Shown here one piece after another: positions 8,395-17,183 of a stretch of 32,000 bases of DNA (the stretch's first letter is position 1; every line of letters begins with the position of its first letter). Source of the stretch: Bdellovibrionales bacterium (GTDB lineage Bacteria > Bdellovibrionota > Bdellovibrionia > Bdellovibrionales > UBA1609); assembly GCA_965247685.1 (NCBI GenBank), contig OZ252021.1, forward strand, positions 480,001 to 512,000, given 5' to 3'. The notes under the pieces were generated by a model. It was not told where the DNA came from, ran no database searches, and saw nothing but the letters and a program-made list of their open reading frames with translations. The position numbers and the translations under genes were made by a program.

Positions 8395-9501
8395 TTAGTC
8401 TAAAACTTCTTCCCATTCCTCTATCCATCCATCCTTATTTGATAAAAATGATTTCACCGTTTTATAAGATATTAAAGGGAGTTTTTTAAGATTTTCAAAT
8501 GGAGTGCCTTGAGTGACTCTTTGAATTACAGGGAGCATATAATTTTTCTCCATGAGAATTTTTTGAATCTCTGGTTTTAAGAGAAATTTAATAAATTCTT
8601 TAGCCAACGGACAAGAGGTGCAAGTAGCAGGGATAACTGCATATTCCACTTGATAAGGATGACCTTTTGAAAACGAAGAGTTAAAATATTCTTCATTCTC
8701 TTCTATTTCATGATACATCACAGATGTTTGATAAGAAAAAGTGAGGCTCGCTTTTCCTTTTTGAAACAAACCATAAGAGGCTGACCAAGAATGAGATACA
8801 TTATAAATTTGACTTTTAAATTTTCTCAAAAATTGAGATATTTCATTAGGTTTTAAACTAGAATAAAGCCAGAAATAAAACTGCAAGCCTACAGTACTAG
8901 AACGAGGATGTGGAATAGAAATGCTCTTTTCCCATTTTTTATCCAACAAAGAAAGAAAATCACTAGGTCTATCATTTGCGTCTTTTGAAACGAAAGTTAA
9001 TGGGGCCCAACTAATAGGAACAGCCCAAGAATAAACCCAGTATTGGGCAGGGTTGATCCAAGGAAAATTATAAATAGAAAGGTTCTTCCATTCCCAACTA
9101 TCAAAAGCAAGTGAAAGTGTTAATTGATCCAGACCCAAAAGAACATCTATTCCTAATCCATCAGGACGCATCTGAAGTTTTTGAACCATTAAAGTAGAGT
9201 CCTCCGCTTCCACCCAACGAATGCGACACTCACATTCTTTTTCAAATTCCTTTTGAATATTCCGAGCCGGACCATAAGGGGATATAAAGGAGGAGTAAGT
9301 CAGCACTTTTAAAACAGGAAGGTGAGAGGAGTATTCTCGATAAAAATAAAAACCTCCCCACAAAATGATGAACGAAAAAACGAACCCAAGGATAATTCTT
9401 GCAGCCCACCTTGGATGAAATGAAAGTTTTATTTTCAATCTTCTTCTTTTTTTAATAGAACCCTCCATTTTCGAGCCTTGTTCAGAGTATACCTTTACCA
9501 C
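8395..9501 (-). CDS. thiB: Thiamine/thiamine-pyrophosphate ABC transporter substrate-binding protein ThiB (TbpA)
   Basis: There are long collinear matches to my recollection of E. coli TbpA: LKVLTYSSFISPYGPARNIQKEFEKECECRIRWVEAEDS...IDVLLGLD, SWSASYGLFQKGKASLTFSYQTSVMYH, FSKGHPYQVEYAV and GWIEEWEEVL. It has an N-terminal membrane anchor or signal. The start is uncertain: GTG at 9501 or ATG at 9468. Confidence 0.85.
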   Translation of the reverse strand: MVKVYSEQGSKMEGSIKKRRRLKIKLSFHPRWAARIILGFVFSFIILWGGFYFYREYSSHLPVLKVLTYSSFISPYGPARNIQKEFEKECECRIRWVEAEDSTLMVQKLQMRPDGLGIDVLLGLDQLTLSLAFDSWEWKNLSIYNFPWINPAQYWVYSWAVPISWAPLTFVSKDANDRPSDFLSLLDKKWEKSISIPHPRSSTVGLQFYFWLYSSLKPNEISQFLRKFKSQIYNVSHSWSASYGLFQKGKASLTFSYQTSVMYHEIEENEEYFNSSFSKGHPYQVEYAVIPATCTSCPLAKEFIKFLLKPEIQKILMEKNYMLPVIQRVTQGTPFENLKKLPLISYKTVKSFLSNKDGWIEEWEEVLD

Positions 9502-9567
9502 AATAAAGAGTCACCATGAGTGATTATAAATTTTTATACTTTTTTCCACTATGACTCATTTTAAATG

Positions 9568-9592
9568 AAGAAATTTAAAATTTAAATTTCTT
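9568..9592. repeat. 25-nt perfect palindrome AAGAAATTTAAA-A-TTTAAATTTCTT in the nth/thiB intergenic region; candidate operator (function unknown)
   Basis: Base-by-base check: positions 9568-9579 are the exact reverse complement of 9581-9592, centred on 9580. It lies 32 nt downstream of the nth stop, 67 nt upstream of the thiB GTG and about 40 nt upstream of a TATAAT hexamer (minus strand, 9528-9523). No U-run follows on either strand, so it is not a canonical terminator. Confidence 0.5.
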
Positions 9593-9623
9593 ACAAGAAC
9601 TTAAAAATAGAACTCTTATTCCA

Positions 9624-10280
9624 TCAAATATTCACACCTTTTTGAGGACAGACATCTATCAAAAAGCATTTTTCACACTGAGGACGCCTTGCTTTGCAAA
9701 CATATCGACCGTGGTAAACAATGGCATGAGACCAGAAAATCCAAAACTTTTTTGGGACGAGTAGATTTAAAATTTGTTCAATTTTTTCAGCAGTAGTTTG
9801 AGGAGATAAATTAAAACGATACGAAAGTCGACTCATGTGAGTATCTACAACTACCCCAGAAGAAATACCAAAGGCGGTGCCTAAAATCACATTAGCTGTT
9901 TTTCGACCGACGCCTGCTAAAGAGGTTAAGTCTTCCATTGTCTTTGGAATCCGACCTTGATACACTTCATCTATGGTTTTCATACAAGATTTAATATTTT
10001 TAGCTTTATTTTTATAAAAACCAGTGGAGTGAATATCTTCTGCTAACTCCTCGAGTGAAACTTGAATATAGTCTTTGGGATTTTTATACTTCTTAAAAAG
10101 TAAAGAGGTAACCTGATTGACTCTTTTATCTGTACACTGAGCACTTAAAATAACAGCCACTAATAACTCTAAAGAGTTTGAAAAACGAAGCTCACAATGC
10201 ACTTGGGGGTAATATTTTTTTAATAAAGTAATTACTTTTAAGACACGGTTTTGTTTAACTTTTTGAGATTCATAAGGCAA
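9624..10280 (-). CDS. nth: Endonuclease III (DNA-(apurinic/apyrimidinic site) lyase)
   Basis: It has the HhH-GPD fold motifs LVAVILSAQCTDKRVN and LAGVGRKTANVILG (catalytic Lys), VVDTHMSR (Asp) and the C-terminal 4Fe-4S motif CKARRPQCEKCFLIDVC. At 218 aa it has no MutY-type C-terminal domain. Confidence 0.95.
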   Translation of the reverse strand: MPYESQKVKQNRVLKVITLLKKYYPQVHCELRFSNSLELLVAVILSAQCTDKRVNQVTSLLFKKYKNPKDYIQVSLEELAEDIHSTGFYKNKAKNIKSCMKTIDEVYQGRIPKTMEDLTSLAGVGRKTANVILGTAFGISSGVVVDTHMSRLSYRFNLSPQTTAEKIEQILNLLVPKKFWIFWSHAIVYHGRYVCKARRPQCEKCFLIDVCPQKGVNI

Positions 10281-10294
10281 AATAGCTCTCTTGT

Positions 10295-11269
10295 TTAAGT
10301 TAGTCTTAAAATTTTATCTTTTACTTCCATCACGAATATACTCTGATCTCTATTAATGGACTCATTTTTATAAAAAGTTTTAACTTGATATAAAATGTGA
10401 TTTCTTAAAGAATGAGCTCCTAGATCTGGATGATCACAAATAATCTCTTTTAATCTTTGAACACCTAAAGATTCTTCTTTCTTTCTTACTCCATGAACAA
10501 CACCAGGAGAACAAAGGATAAGATGATCTCTAGGTTGCAGTTTAATTTTGTGACTGGAGGCTTTTTTAATTTCCTCTTCATTAAAACAAGAAGTTGAAGA
10601 TTTTAATTCATAAATTTCTTTTGCATTAAAAGAATAAATAAAAGCGTAAATTTCACCTACAGAAAAATAAGATAGACTATATTGTTTTTGATTTAAAATT
10701 GAGTAAAAAATGTCCACTTTATCATCCATTCCACTTATTCCATCTTTTTTATTCATCTCTTGCACTAAATTCACAATCACTTCTTGAGGATGTAAAGTTT
10801 TATAATTCTTATTTTCCATAAGTCTTAATCGAGAAGAAAATAAAAGAGAAGATAAAATATGAGAAACACAACTCGACATTAAAAGACCAAAGTGTTTTCT
10901 TTGCAAAGGGATAACTTGATAAAAATCTTTCCCTACACCTGCTAAAGATGGAATAAATTTATAACTAAACTCACAGTCTGAAATAGTGGGAAAATGAGTG
11001 GGAATTAAATTTTCATGAAGTTTATGGATAGTTTCTAAGTTAGAATCTACTTCCTGATTTAACTGAAAAATCACTTGATTAGCTAAATGAAGTTGTTGTT
11101 TAAACTTTTCAATAACTTCTTCCTTGAATTTAAGATCTAAAGAAAGATTTTTTATCTTCTTTTGAAGTTCATCGGATTTATATTCTAAAACAGGAGTCGT
11201 TTTCCTTTGATTTTTTTTTGAAGAAACATCCTTTTTTTGATTGGATTCCTCTTTTTTAAAAACATTCAT
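10295..11269 (-). CDS. SpoIIE/RsbU-type PP2C-like domain protein with coiled-coil N-terminus; active-site motifs degenerate
   Basis: The N-terminal ~90 aa are Lys/Glu/Gln-rich and coiled-coil-like. LHENLIPTHFPTISDCEFSYKFIPSLAGVGKDFYQVIPL then matches the start of the SpoIIE-type domain (l-l-P...vGGDfYd). The next motifs read FGLLMSSCVSHILSSLL (expected DvsGHG) and LQPRDHLILCSPGVVHG (expected GD-x-l-l-l-yTDG), and the last is RDQSIFVMEV. Confidence 0.5.
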   Translation of the reverse strand: MNVFKKEESNQKKDVSSKKNQRKTTPVLEYKSDELQKKIKNLSLDLKFKEEVIEKFKQQLHLANQVIFQLNQEVDSNLETIHKLHENLIPTHFPTISDCEFSYKFIPSLAGVGKDFYQVIPLQRKHFGLLMSSCVSHILSSLLFSSRLRLMENKNYKTLHPQEVIVNLVQEMNKKDGISGMDDKVDIFYSILNQKQYSLSYFSVGEIYAFIYSFNAKEIYELKSSTSCFNEEEIKKASSHKIKLQPRDHLILCSPGVVHGVRKKEESLGVQRLKEIICDHPDLGAHSLRNHILYQVKTFYKNESINRDQSIFVMEVKDKILRLT

Positions 11270-11274
11270 AAATT

Positions 11275-12186
11275 CTAATCCCTAAAATAAAGATTCCGAG
11301 GCCAAGGTTTTAAAATATCGATGACTTTTTTATGAGAATCATCGATCAAAGTAGAAAGTTCTTCTAAAGAGTTTAAACACACTTCTATCAGCTTATTATT
11401 CATTCGATCAAACTGCTCCGCTTGCTGATTCAAATTTTCTTCTCCTAAAAGATTTTTAACTTCTTCCAAATTTTGACAACCTCTCAAATCTTTCTCAGAA
11501 ATCCTTGCTCTTTCTTTAAGGTATATTCCAAAAAAATTTAAATAACCCTCCTTTAGATCTTCAAAGGTATTTTTATTTTCTGTATTTCGAAAACCGAAAT
11601 CCATAAAATCATCCGCTCTTTGAAAAAGTTGTCCAAAAATTTGACCAATATTATCAAGCAAAGAAAATATTTTAAGATCTTTAGAGTAAAAAAATAAAAA
11701 AGGGGTTTTTAAACACCACTGAAACAAAGAAGACGTTTTTAAGATATGCACTTGATCTACATGAGATAAAGTTTCTTTTCCTTTTTGATCATCCTGAAGC
11801 CATTCTCCATGAACCATATTTTTAACTGTTTGAGCTGAGAGCTTTATCACATCGATATTACCACACTCTGAAATATTGCACGACACTTGAGCGAGCAAAT
11901 AATCTCCTGCAAGAATAGCTTTATTTTTAGAAAATTTAGCCCATGCTGTTAAATGATTCCTTCGAAGCAAAGATGCATCTAAAACATCATCATGTAATAA
12001 AGAAGAGTGATGAATGCCCTCTATACTTTCTTTGAGCATTGTTATGATTTGAGGTTCCAGCTTTAAAGCTGTCGCCACCTCCCCTACAAGCTGAGCTCTT
12101 AAACCTTTACCTCCTGAAAAGAGATCTTTATATAGCTGATAAAGATTAGAAACAGGTGCAGACTTTATAGGGTTTAAGTTATTCAT
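11275..12186 (-). CDS. Polyprenyl diphosphate synthase (trans-IPPS; probable menaquinone side-chain synthase)
   Basis: The first Asp-rich motif is LLHDDVLDASLLRR and the second is FQRADDFMDF. It lies directly downstream of the men genes on the same strand. Chain length cannot be assigned from the sequence. Confidence 0.85.
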   Translation of the reverse strand: MNNLNPIKSAPVSNLYQLYKDLFSGGKGLRAQLVGEVATALKLEPQIITMLKESIEGIHHSSLLHDDVLDASLLRRNHLTAWAKFSKNKAILAGDYLLAQVSCNISECGNIDVIKLSAQTVKNMVHGEWLQDDQKGKETLSHVDQVHILKTSSLFQWCLKTPFLFFYSKDLKIFSLLDNIGQIFGQLFQRADDFMDFGFRNTENKNTFEDLKEGYLNFFGIYLKERARISEKDLRGCQNLEEVKNLLGEENLNQQAEQFDRMNNKLIEVCLNSLEELSTLIDDSHKKVIDILKPWPRNLYFRD

Positions 12187-12245
12187 CTCTTTTTTCTACA
12201 AAAGCTCCTTCATAAATTCAACAAATTTTACTATAAAAACCAAAT

Positions 12246-13400
12246 TTAAATAATACCTTTAGAAAGCCCTAATTGAGTCTTTAAGTGAGAAAACTGAACT
12301 TTTATTTCACCCTGAGGAATTTTTAAAAATACGTAGCAATTACAAATTTGCTCAAATGGGAGAACTTGGCTATTAAAATGACTCGTTAGTCTTTGAATTC
12401 GAGATAAGCTTTGTTCATCAGTCACTAAATCTATTTGGTAGGCTGTTCGAAGATGAGGAGTTGCTATAAGATAATACTTTTTTCTCAATTGTTGATCCAA
12501 ACAAACTTGAACAAGAATACTTTTTAATTTAAAAAGAGAAACATTATGTCCTTTTATTTTAATAACTTGACTGCGCCCCTCCACTTTTAAAAAAGAACCT
12601 ATTATACTCCCTTTGTCTTCTGTTAAATAGTTTTCACCGCATAAATTCATTTGTATTTTTGAACGATCTTTTTTTAAATCAACTTTCTTTTCTAAAGAAA
12701 AACTGTACCACCCTGTGAGCAAAGAAGATGATTGCAAGCTAATTTGACCTCCTATAATTTGAACCTTACAGTGTTCTAGAATTTTCAAAAGAGGATATTC
12801 TAAAGAATTTAAAGACTCCAAGTCAGCCGTAGCTACTTGAGAACAAGCTTCAGTAAGACCATAAGATGGGATCAGCGGCCAGCGGAGCTTTCGTGCTTTG
12901 TAATAAAGATCAGGAGCTAAACTTCCACCCCCCACAACAACAGCACGAAGTGACAATGGAGCTTCAATATTATCTACTACTAAATCATATACTTGAGTGG
13001 GAACTAAGGAAGTCAATGTAATCTTATTCAAATTTAATTGAGAAATAAAAGTTTTTGTATTCCATTTTTCTTTTAAAATAAAATAATTCGATTGAGATAA
13101 AAAACTTCGAGCAAGAATAGAAAGTCCTCCGACATGAAAAAGAGGAAGACACACTAACCATCGATCTTCTTTTTGAACGTTTAAATGATGATTAACAGCT
13201 TCAGCAGAATTTAAAAATGCTTCTTTAGATAAAGCGGCACATTTTTTTTGCTTTGATCCTGAAGTCATAATGAAAATATGAGACTTTAAAGAACTCTGAT
13301 TTAAAAGATGAGAGTCTATTTTTTCTAAAGGATGCCCTATAAGGTAGTTATCATCATTTTCCCAATCTATAATTTGAGGATTCACAATAACTCTTTCCAT
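12246..13400 (-). CDS. menE: O-succinylbenzoate-CoA ligase-like adenylate-forming enzyme (short form)
   Basis: It is collinear with MenE from the P-loop onward: IFIMTSGSKQKKCAALSKEAF...WLVCLPLFHVGGLS, LTSLVPTQVY, LRAVVVGGGS, PSYGLTEA and EGRSQVIKIKGHNV. It lies between menC and the polyprenyl synthase gene. At 384 aa, the P-loop already sits at about residue 45. Confidence 0.75.
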   Translation of the reverse strand: MERVIVNPQIIDWENDDNYLIGHPLEKIDSHLLNQSSLKSHIFIMTSGSKQKKCAALSKEAFLNSAEAVNHHLNVQKEDRWLVCLPLFHVGGLSILARSFLSQSNYFILKEKWNTKTFISQLNLNKITLTSLVPTQVYDLVVDNIEAPLSLRAVVVGGGSLAPDLYYKARKLRWPLIPSYGLTEACSQVATADLESLNSLEYPLLKILEHCKVQIIGGQISLQSSSLLTGWYSFSLEKKVDLKKDRSKIQMNLCGENYLTEDKGSIIGSFLKVEGRSQVIKIKGHNVSLFKLKSILVQVCLDQQLRKKYYLIATPHLRTAYQIDLVTDEQSLSRIQRLTSHFNSQVLPFEQICNCYVFLKIPQGEIKVQFSHLKTQLGLSKGII

Positions 13401-13441
13401 AAAATCCCTTTACTTATGCTTATTATAAAAAAAATAGATCT

Positions 13442-14449
13442 TCAAATAGCAATCCATTTTTGCTTATCCCATAAGTCATCAAAACCCAAACCTTTTCCCA
13501 AAGAGGAATAAAATTGATCTTGAGAATAATACCTTGAAAAATCATTGGCTTCATAAAAATCAGAATCATAATGAAGTCCGCAAACTTCTTTTTTTTGAGG
13601 ATGAATTTTATAAAACTGACAAGCTTTAAGATAGCTTATTCGAGCCTCCAATGGATGCACCAAGCTATGGGTAAAAACAAATCTTTGAGCTTGAGATCGA
13701 GCAAGTAAATCACATACATCTGACAGACTATACCGAGAACCTTTGATCACTCGAATAGGGCAGTAATGTGTTTCGCTCCAATCCTGAGCTAATGAAAAAA
13801 CAGAAGGAATAAAATAAAACTGAGAGAAAGGATCTTCAATAAAATCAATAAAGGAAGCAATACTTTGATTTTCTCTTTCCCATTGATGCCATATTGTTTT
13901 AGGAATTTTTCCATTAAAATCTAGTCGGAACTTAATCTTGGTATTCCATTCTTTCATCCATTTTCTTAAAGATTGAGTTTCTTTTTCTAAATAATCTCCC
14001 ATTTTCATCTTAAAAACAGAAAACCCATCCGGAACATTGTCAAATGAAGAAATATCAGAAATTAAATAGTGATTTCTAATCGAAGAATAACCATATAATA
14101 AACTTTTGCTTTGAAGTCGAGCTTGAGCATCTTCTTGAGCTGTTTGAATACTAAGACTTAATAAATTAAAATTTTTATGAAGAGTTGAATTTTTAATATT
14201 TTTTTCTTTAAAACTTTTGTTTTGTAAAATATATTCTTTCAACAAAGATAAAGAGTCTGAAAGCATCCCTTCACCCCACTGGCTCAAGGGGTGAATTTGA
14301 GAATAACCTATGCCAAAGTTAGAAAATAAAACTTTTAATAGCAATCCTCTATGTTTTTTACGATTGAATCTTTCCACTAAGGTGTATGGAGAAATCCAAA
14401 CTTTTTGAATCCAATATTTTCCTCCATACATAACAAGTTTATCCACCAA
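13442..14449 (-). CDS. menC: o-Succinylbenzoate synthase (enolase superfamily)
   Basis: It has the KxK motif VFKMKMG and the metal ligands in KFRLDFNGK and FIDFIEDPF. The size (335 aa) and its position between menA and menE fit MenC. Confidence 0.75.
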   Translation of the reverse strand: MVDKLVMYGGKYWIQKVWISPYTLVERFNRKKHRGLLLKVLFSNFGIGYSQIHPLSQWGEGMLSDSLSLLKEYILQNKSFKEKNIKNSTLHKNFNLLSLSIQTAQEDAQARLQSKSLLYGYSSIRNHYLISDISSFDNVPDGFSVFKMKMGDYLEKETQSLRKWMKEWNTKIKFRLDFNGKIPKTIWHQWERENQSIASFIDFIEDPFSQFYFIPSVFSLAQDWSETHYCPIRVIKGSRYSLSDVCDLLARSQAQRFVFTHSLVHPLEARISYLKACQFYKIHPQKKEVCGLHYDSDFYEANDFSRYYSQDQFYSSLGKGLGFDDLWDKQKWIAI

Positions 14450-15350
14450 GAATTAAAGATAAAAATAAAAACAAAGAAAACAAAAATTGCCCGAGGGAGG
14501 TCAAAGTAATATATTGATTATATTTTTTAGAAGGTTTTTCTGTAAAAAGCTTTATCCATATCCATACATAAAGAGGAAGGACTATCATAGGTCCAAAAAA
14601 GGCGGAGGTGTTATCTTGAACAAGAGCCCAATAAAATCCAATGGCATAAGCAATAATAATACAAAACAACCATTCCATTTGACCAAAAAATAAACCCCAG
14701 CGGACGACTAAGGTTTTTTTACCACTCACTAAGTCCTCTTCCATATCTCTGATATGATTCACGACAGCTAAACTAACGGATAATAATCCTACTTGAATCC
14801 CTGCAAACAAGACAGGGGTCATCATTTGAAATAATGAGGAATCTATGGGTGGGTAAATGTAGGAGTAGTTGAGATAAAAAATACCAATAACAGCTAATAC
14901 ACCAAAGAAAAGGAATACAAAAATTTCAGTCAGACCACGATCTGCAATAGAAAGAGGAGGTGCTGAATAAAAATAGGACAGAAAAATAGAAATCACTCCA
15001 ATAAAAAGAATAAAAAAACCTCCAACTATCACAAGATAAATTCCAGAAATAACAGTAAATAATAAAACAAAAAAAGATGCTTTTTTCATATACTTAGGTG
15101 AAATTAATCCAGCCTGCACATATCTTAATGGTCCTAGTCTTTTTGATGTGTCATTTCCTCTTTGAGCATCCAGTAAATCATTGAGGTAATTCACCGCCAC
15201 TTGAATAGAAAGTATGCAAAGCAAAATAATGATATTCAAAAAATAATGAGTGGAATGTAATTGATGAATCACAACCCCTAAAGAAACAAGCCACACAGAA
15301 AGCGAAACAAGTAGTGTTTTAGGGCGCATAGCTAAAAAATAATTTTTCAT
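14439..15350 (-). CDS. menA: 1,4-dihydroxy-2-naphthoate polyprenyltransferase (UbiA family)
   Basis: It has about 8-9 predicted TM segments, the UbiA Asp-rich motif NYLNDLLDAQRGND and a second acidic motif near HIRDMEEDLVSGKKT. It overlaps the menC start by 11 nt. Confidence 0.9.
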   Translation of the reverse strand: MKNYFLAMRPKTLLVSLSVWLVSLGVVIHQLHSTHYFLNIIILLCILSIQVAVNYLNDLLDAQRGNDTSKRLGPLRYVQAGLISPKYMKKASFFVLLFTVISGIYLVIVGGFFILFIGVISIFLSYFYSAPPLSIADRGLTEIFVFLFFGVLAVIGIFYLNYSYIYPPIDSSLFQMMTPVLFAGIQVGLLSVSLAVVNHIRDMEEDLVSGKKTLVVRWGLFFGQMEWLFCIIIAYAIGFYWALVQDNTSAFFGPMIVLPLYVWIWIKLFTEKPSKKYNQYITLTSLGQFLFSLFLFLSLILGG

Positions 15351-15358
15351 ATTCTTCT

Positions 15359-16171
15359 TTAAGGATAACGAGGAAACTTGGAAAAATCAGGCGATCTTTT
15401 TTCTATAAAAGCTTTTTGTCCCTCTTTAGCCTCATCCGTTAAATAATACATTAAAGTTGCATTCCCTGCGAGATCCAATAAACCCATTTGACCATCACAG
15501 TCTGCATTCAAAGCAGCCTTTAAGCAACGAATGGCTAAAGGAGAATGCTCAAGTATTTCTCGACACCATTTGAGAGTTTCTTCTTCCAGTTTTTCATAAG
15601 GAACAACACAATTCACAAGCCCCATTTCTAAGGCTTGTTGAGCGGTGTATTGGCGGCATAAAAACCAAATTTCACGAGCTTTTTTTTGTCCCACAATACG
15701 AGACAAATAACTGGAACCTAGTCCACCATCAAAGGAGCCTACTTTCGGACCTGTTTGTCCAAATATAGAATGTTCGGCTGCAATTGTCAGATCGCAAACC
15801 ACATGAAGAACATGCCCACCTCCTACAGCATAACCAGAAACCATAGCAATCACAGGTTTTGGCAAACTTCTAATTTGTTTTTGAACATCTAGGATATTGA
15901 GTCGAAATTTTCCTTTCTCGTCTTCATACCCCCCATGTCCTCTAATTTTTTGATCTCCACCTGAACAAAAAGCCTCTCGCCCTTGACCAGTTAAAACAAC
16001 TGCTCCTATGGAAGATTCCTCTCGGCAATAGCTTAAAGATTCTTGTAATTCAAAAACTGTTTGGGGGCGAAAAGCATTTCTCACTTCGGGTCGACAGATA
16101 GTAATCTTAGCAACACCATCGGAAGTTTTTTCCAGCGAAACATCTTGAAACTTTTTTACAAGACTAAACAT
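15359..16171 (-). CDS. menB: 1,4-dihydroxy-2-naphthoyl-CoA synthase (crotonase fold)
   Basis: The 270-aa protein has typical MenB blocks: [74 protein letters not shown] and the C-terminal [13 protein letters not shown]. Confidence 0.95.
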   Translation of the reverse strand: MFSLVKKFQDVSLEKTSDGVAKITICRPEVRNAFRPQTVFELQESLSYCREESSIGAVVLTGQGREAFCSGGDQKIRGHGGYEDEKGKFRLNILDVQKQIRSLPKPVIAMVSGYAVGGGHVLHVVCDLTIAAEHSIFGQTGPKVGSFDGGLGSSYLSRIVGQKKAREIWFLCRQYTAQQALEMGLVNCVVPYEKLEEETLKWCREILEHSPLAIRCLKAALNADCDGQMGLLDLAGNATLMYYLTDEAKEGQKAFIEKRSPDFSKFPRYP

Positions 16172-16868
16172 TATATTCTAACTGCAAACCTGTATAATCT
16201 TTCAGTAAATCTCTTTTTAAAAGAACTGAAAAAAGAGGAAGAAGCACAAAACCTGTAAGAGTTAAAATAACTCCTCTTAAAATAAAATTCACAATAGAAC
16301 TATGTTGCCAGCATAAGTTATAATATTCTTCTCCAAGACTTGCTCCTAAGATAGAGCGGCTTATTACTAAATAAAGCTGATGAAATATGCCAAAACCCAC
16401 TAATATAAAAAATAAAGCAGAAACTGTAGGAAGACCAAACAAAAGACTTATCATTACTCCTCCAAGCATATAAAGACCTAGAGAAAAAGAATAATCCATT
16501 TTCAATACACTAAAGGAAGGAATTCCCATGAAGTTAACAGGTGAATTGGTATCTGAAAAAATTTGTACCTTCTCCTGAGTGTTTCCTAAGGGAGTCACAA
16601 TGTTGTCATCTCTTAAAATAGAATCCGCATTTGGAGTAAAGTTTTTTTGATTCTTAAAACCATCCAAGATAGGTCTTTCCAACCGCTCGACCAGTTTATC
16701 GTAATTCAAACTTTGTGAATTTAAACTTGAAAGAACATCTGTCGTTGACGTTGAAAGCAATTGATCTTCATCATAAACATCATAATAAGATGAAGAGGGA
16801 GGAAGATCAGAATAATAACCCACTCCCTTATGAAGAGCTTTAAAGTTGATGTTATCTAATTCACTCAT
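16164..16868 (-). CDS. Hypothetical membrane protein (possible RDD-family C-terminal domain), first gene of the men string
   Basis: The ~120-aa Ser/Asp/Asn-rich N-terminal region is predicted to be soluble. It is followed by 3-4 hydrophobic segments ([19 protein letters not shown]..., [37 protein letters not shown]) and a terminal [15 protein letters not shown] resembling the RDD-family end motif. It overlaps the menB start by 8 nt. The family assignment is weak. Confidence 0.45.
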   Translation of the reverse strand: MSELDNINFKALHKGVGYYSDLPPSSSYYDVYDEDQLLSTSTTDVLSSLNSQSLNYDKLVERLERPILDGFKNQKNFTPNADSILRDDNIVTPLGNTQEKVQIFSDTNSPVNFMGIPSFSVLKMDYSFSLGLYMLGGVMISLLFGLPTVSALFFILVGFGIFHQLYLVISRSILGASLGEEYYNLCWQHSSIVNFILRGVILTLTGFVLLPLFSVLLKRDLLKDYTGLQLEYNV

Positions 16869-16935
16869 ATGACTGTTTATTATTTCAAAGAGCTAAAAGA
16901 GTCAAACACCCTAGCTTTTAGTTAGAAAATCTTTA

Positions 16936-17163
16936 TTAAGGGGTGACACTATGAACTGTTTTAGCGCCTACTTGAGGGTTAACATTTAATTGAGGTGTAG
17001 AAGAAGTATCTCGCTGACCTGAAATTTCTTCTCTAACAATTTGAACCTTTTTAGGGGCTTCAATACCAATACGCACTTGGCAGCCTTTAACATGGACAAT
17101 TTGGACCTTTATGGAATCTCCTATAAGGATGGAATCTCCTATCTTCCTCGTCAAAACCAGCAT
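16936..17163 (-). CDS. csrA: Carbon storage regulator CsrA (RNA-binding translational regulator)
   Basis: [47 protein letters not shown] is collinear with the CsrA/RsmA consensus (MLILTRR-GE-I-IGD-I-V-V-KG-QVRIGI-AP--V-V-REEI). A ~25-aa C-terminal tail follows. Confidence 0.93.
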   Translation of the reverse strand: MLVLTRKIGDSILIGDSIKVQIVHVKGCQVRIGIEAPKKVQIVREEISGQRDTSSTPQLNVNPQVGAKTVHSVTP

Positions 17164-17183
17164 AAATCCCTCCTAGTCCCTGC
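17164..17183 (-). promoter_or_regulatory. csrA ribosome-binding region with a strong SD embedded in a cluster of GGA motifs
   Basis: The minus strand reads GCAGGGACTAGGAGGGATTT-ATG. An AGGAGG Shine-Dalgarno sits about 6 nt from the ATG, with three overlapping GGA triplets. GGA is the core of CsrA binding sites, so autoregulation is plausible but untested. Confidence 0.4.

Noticed and set aside
9440-9623. TPP (THI-box) riboswitch upstream of thiB
   Set aside because: I read the minus strand for the CUGAGA and ACCUGA cores and for G/C-rich helices and found none. The region is far too AT-rich to form the THI element. This absence is reported as part of a finding rather than as a feature.
17111-17142. 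Perfect 14-nt direct repeat (period 18 nt) in the first codons of csrA, as a possible in-frame duplication
   Set aside because: The protein is exactly collinear and equal in length with the CsrA consensus over this region ([12 protein letters not shown] corresponds to VGETLM/IGDEVT). It is therefore not an insertion. I mention it only for its GGA content.
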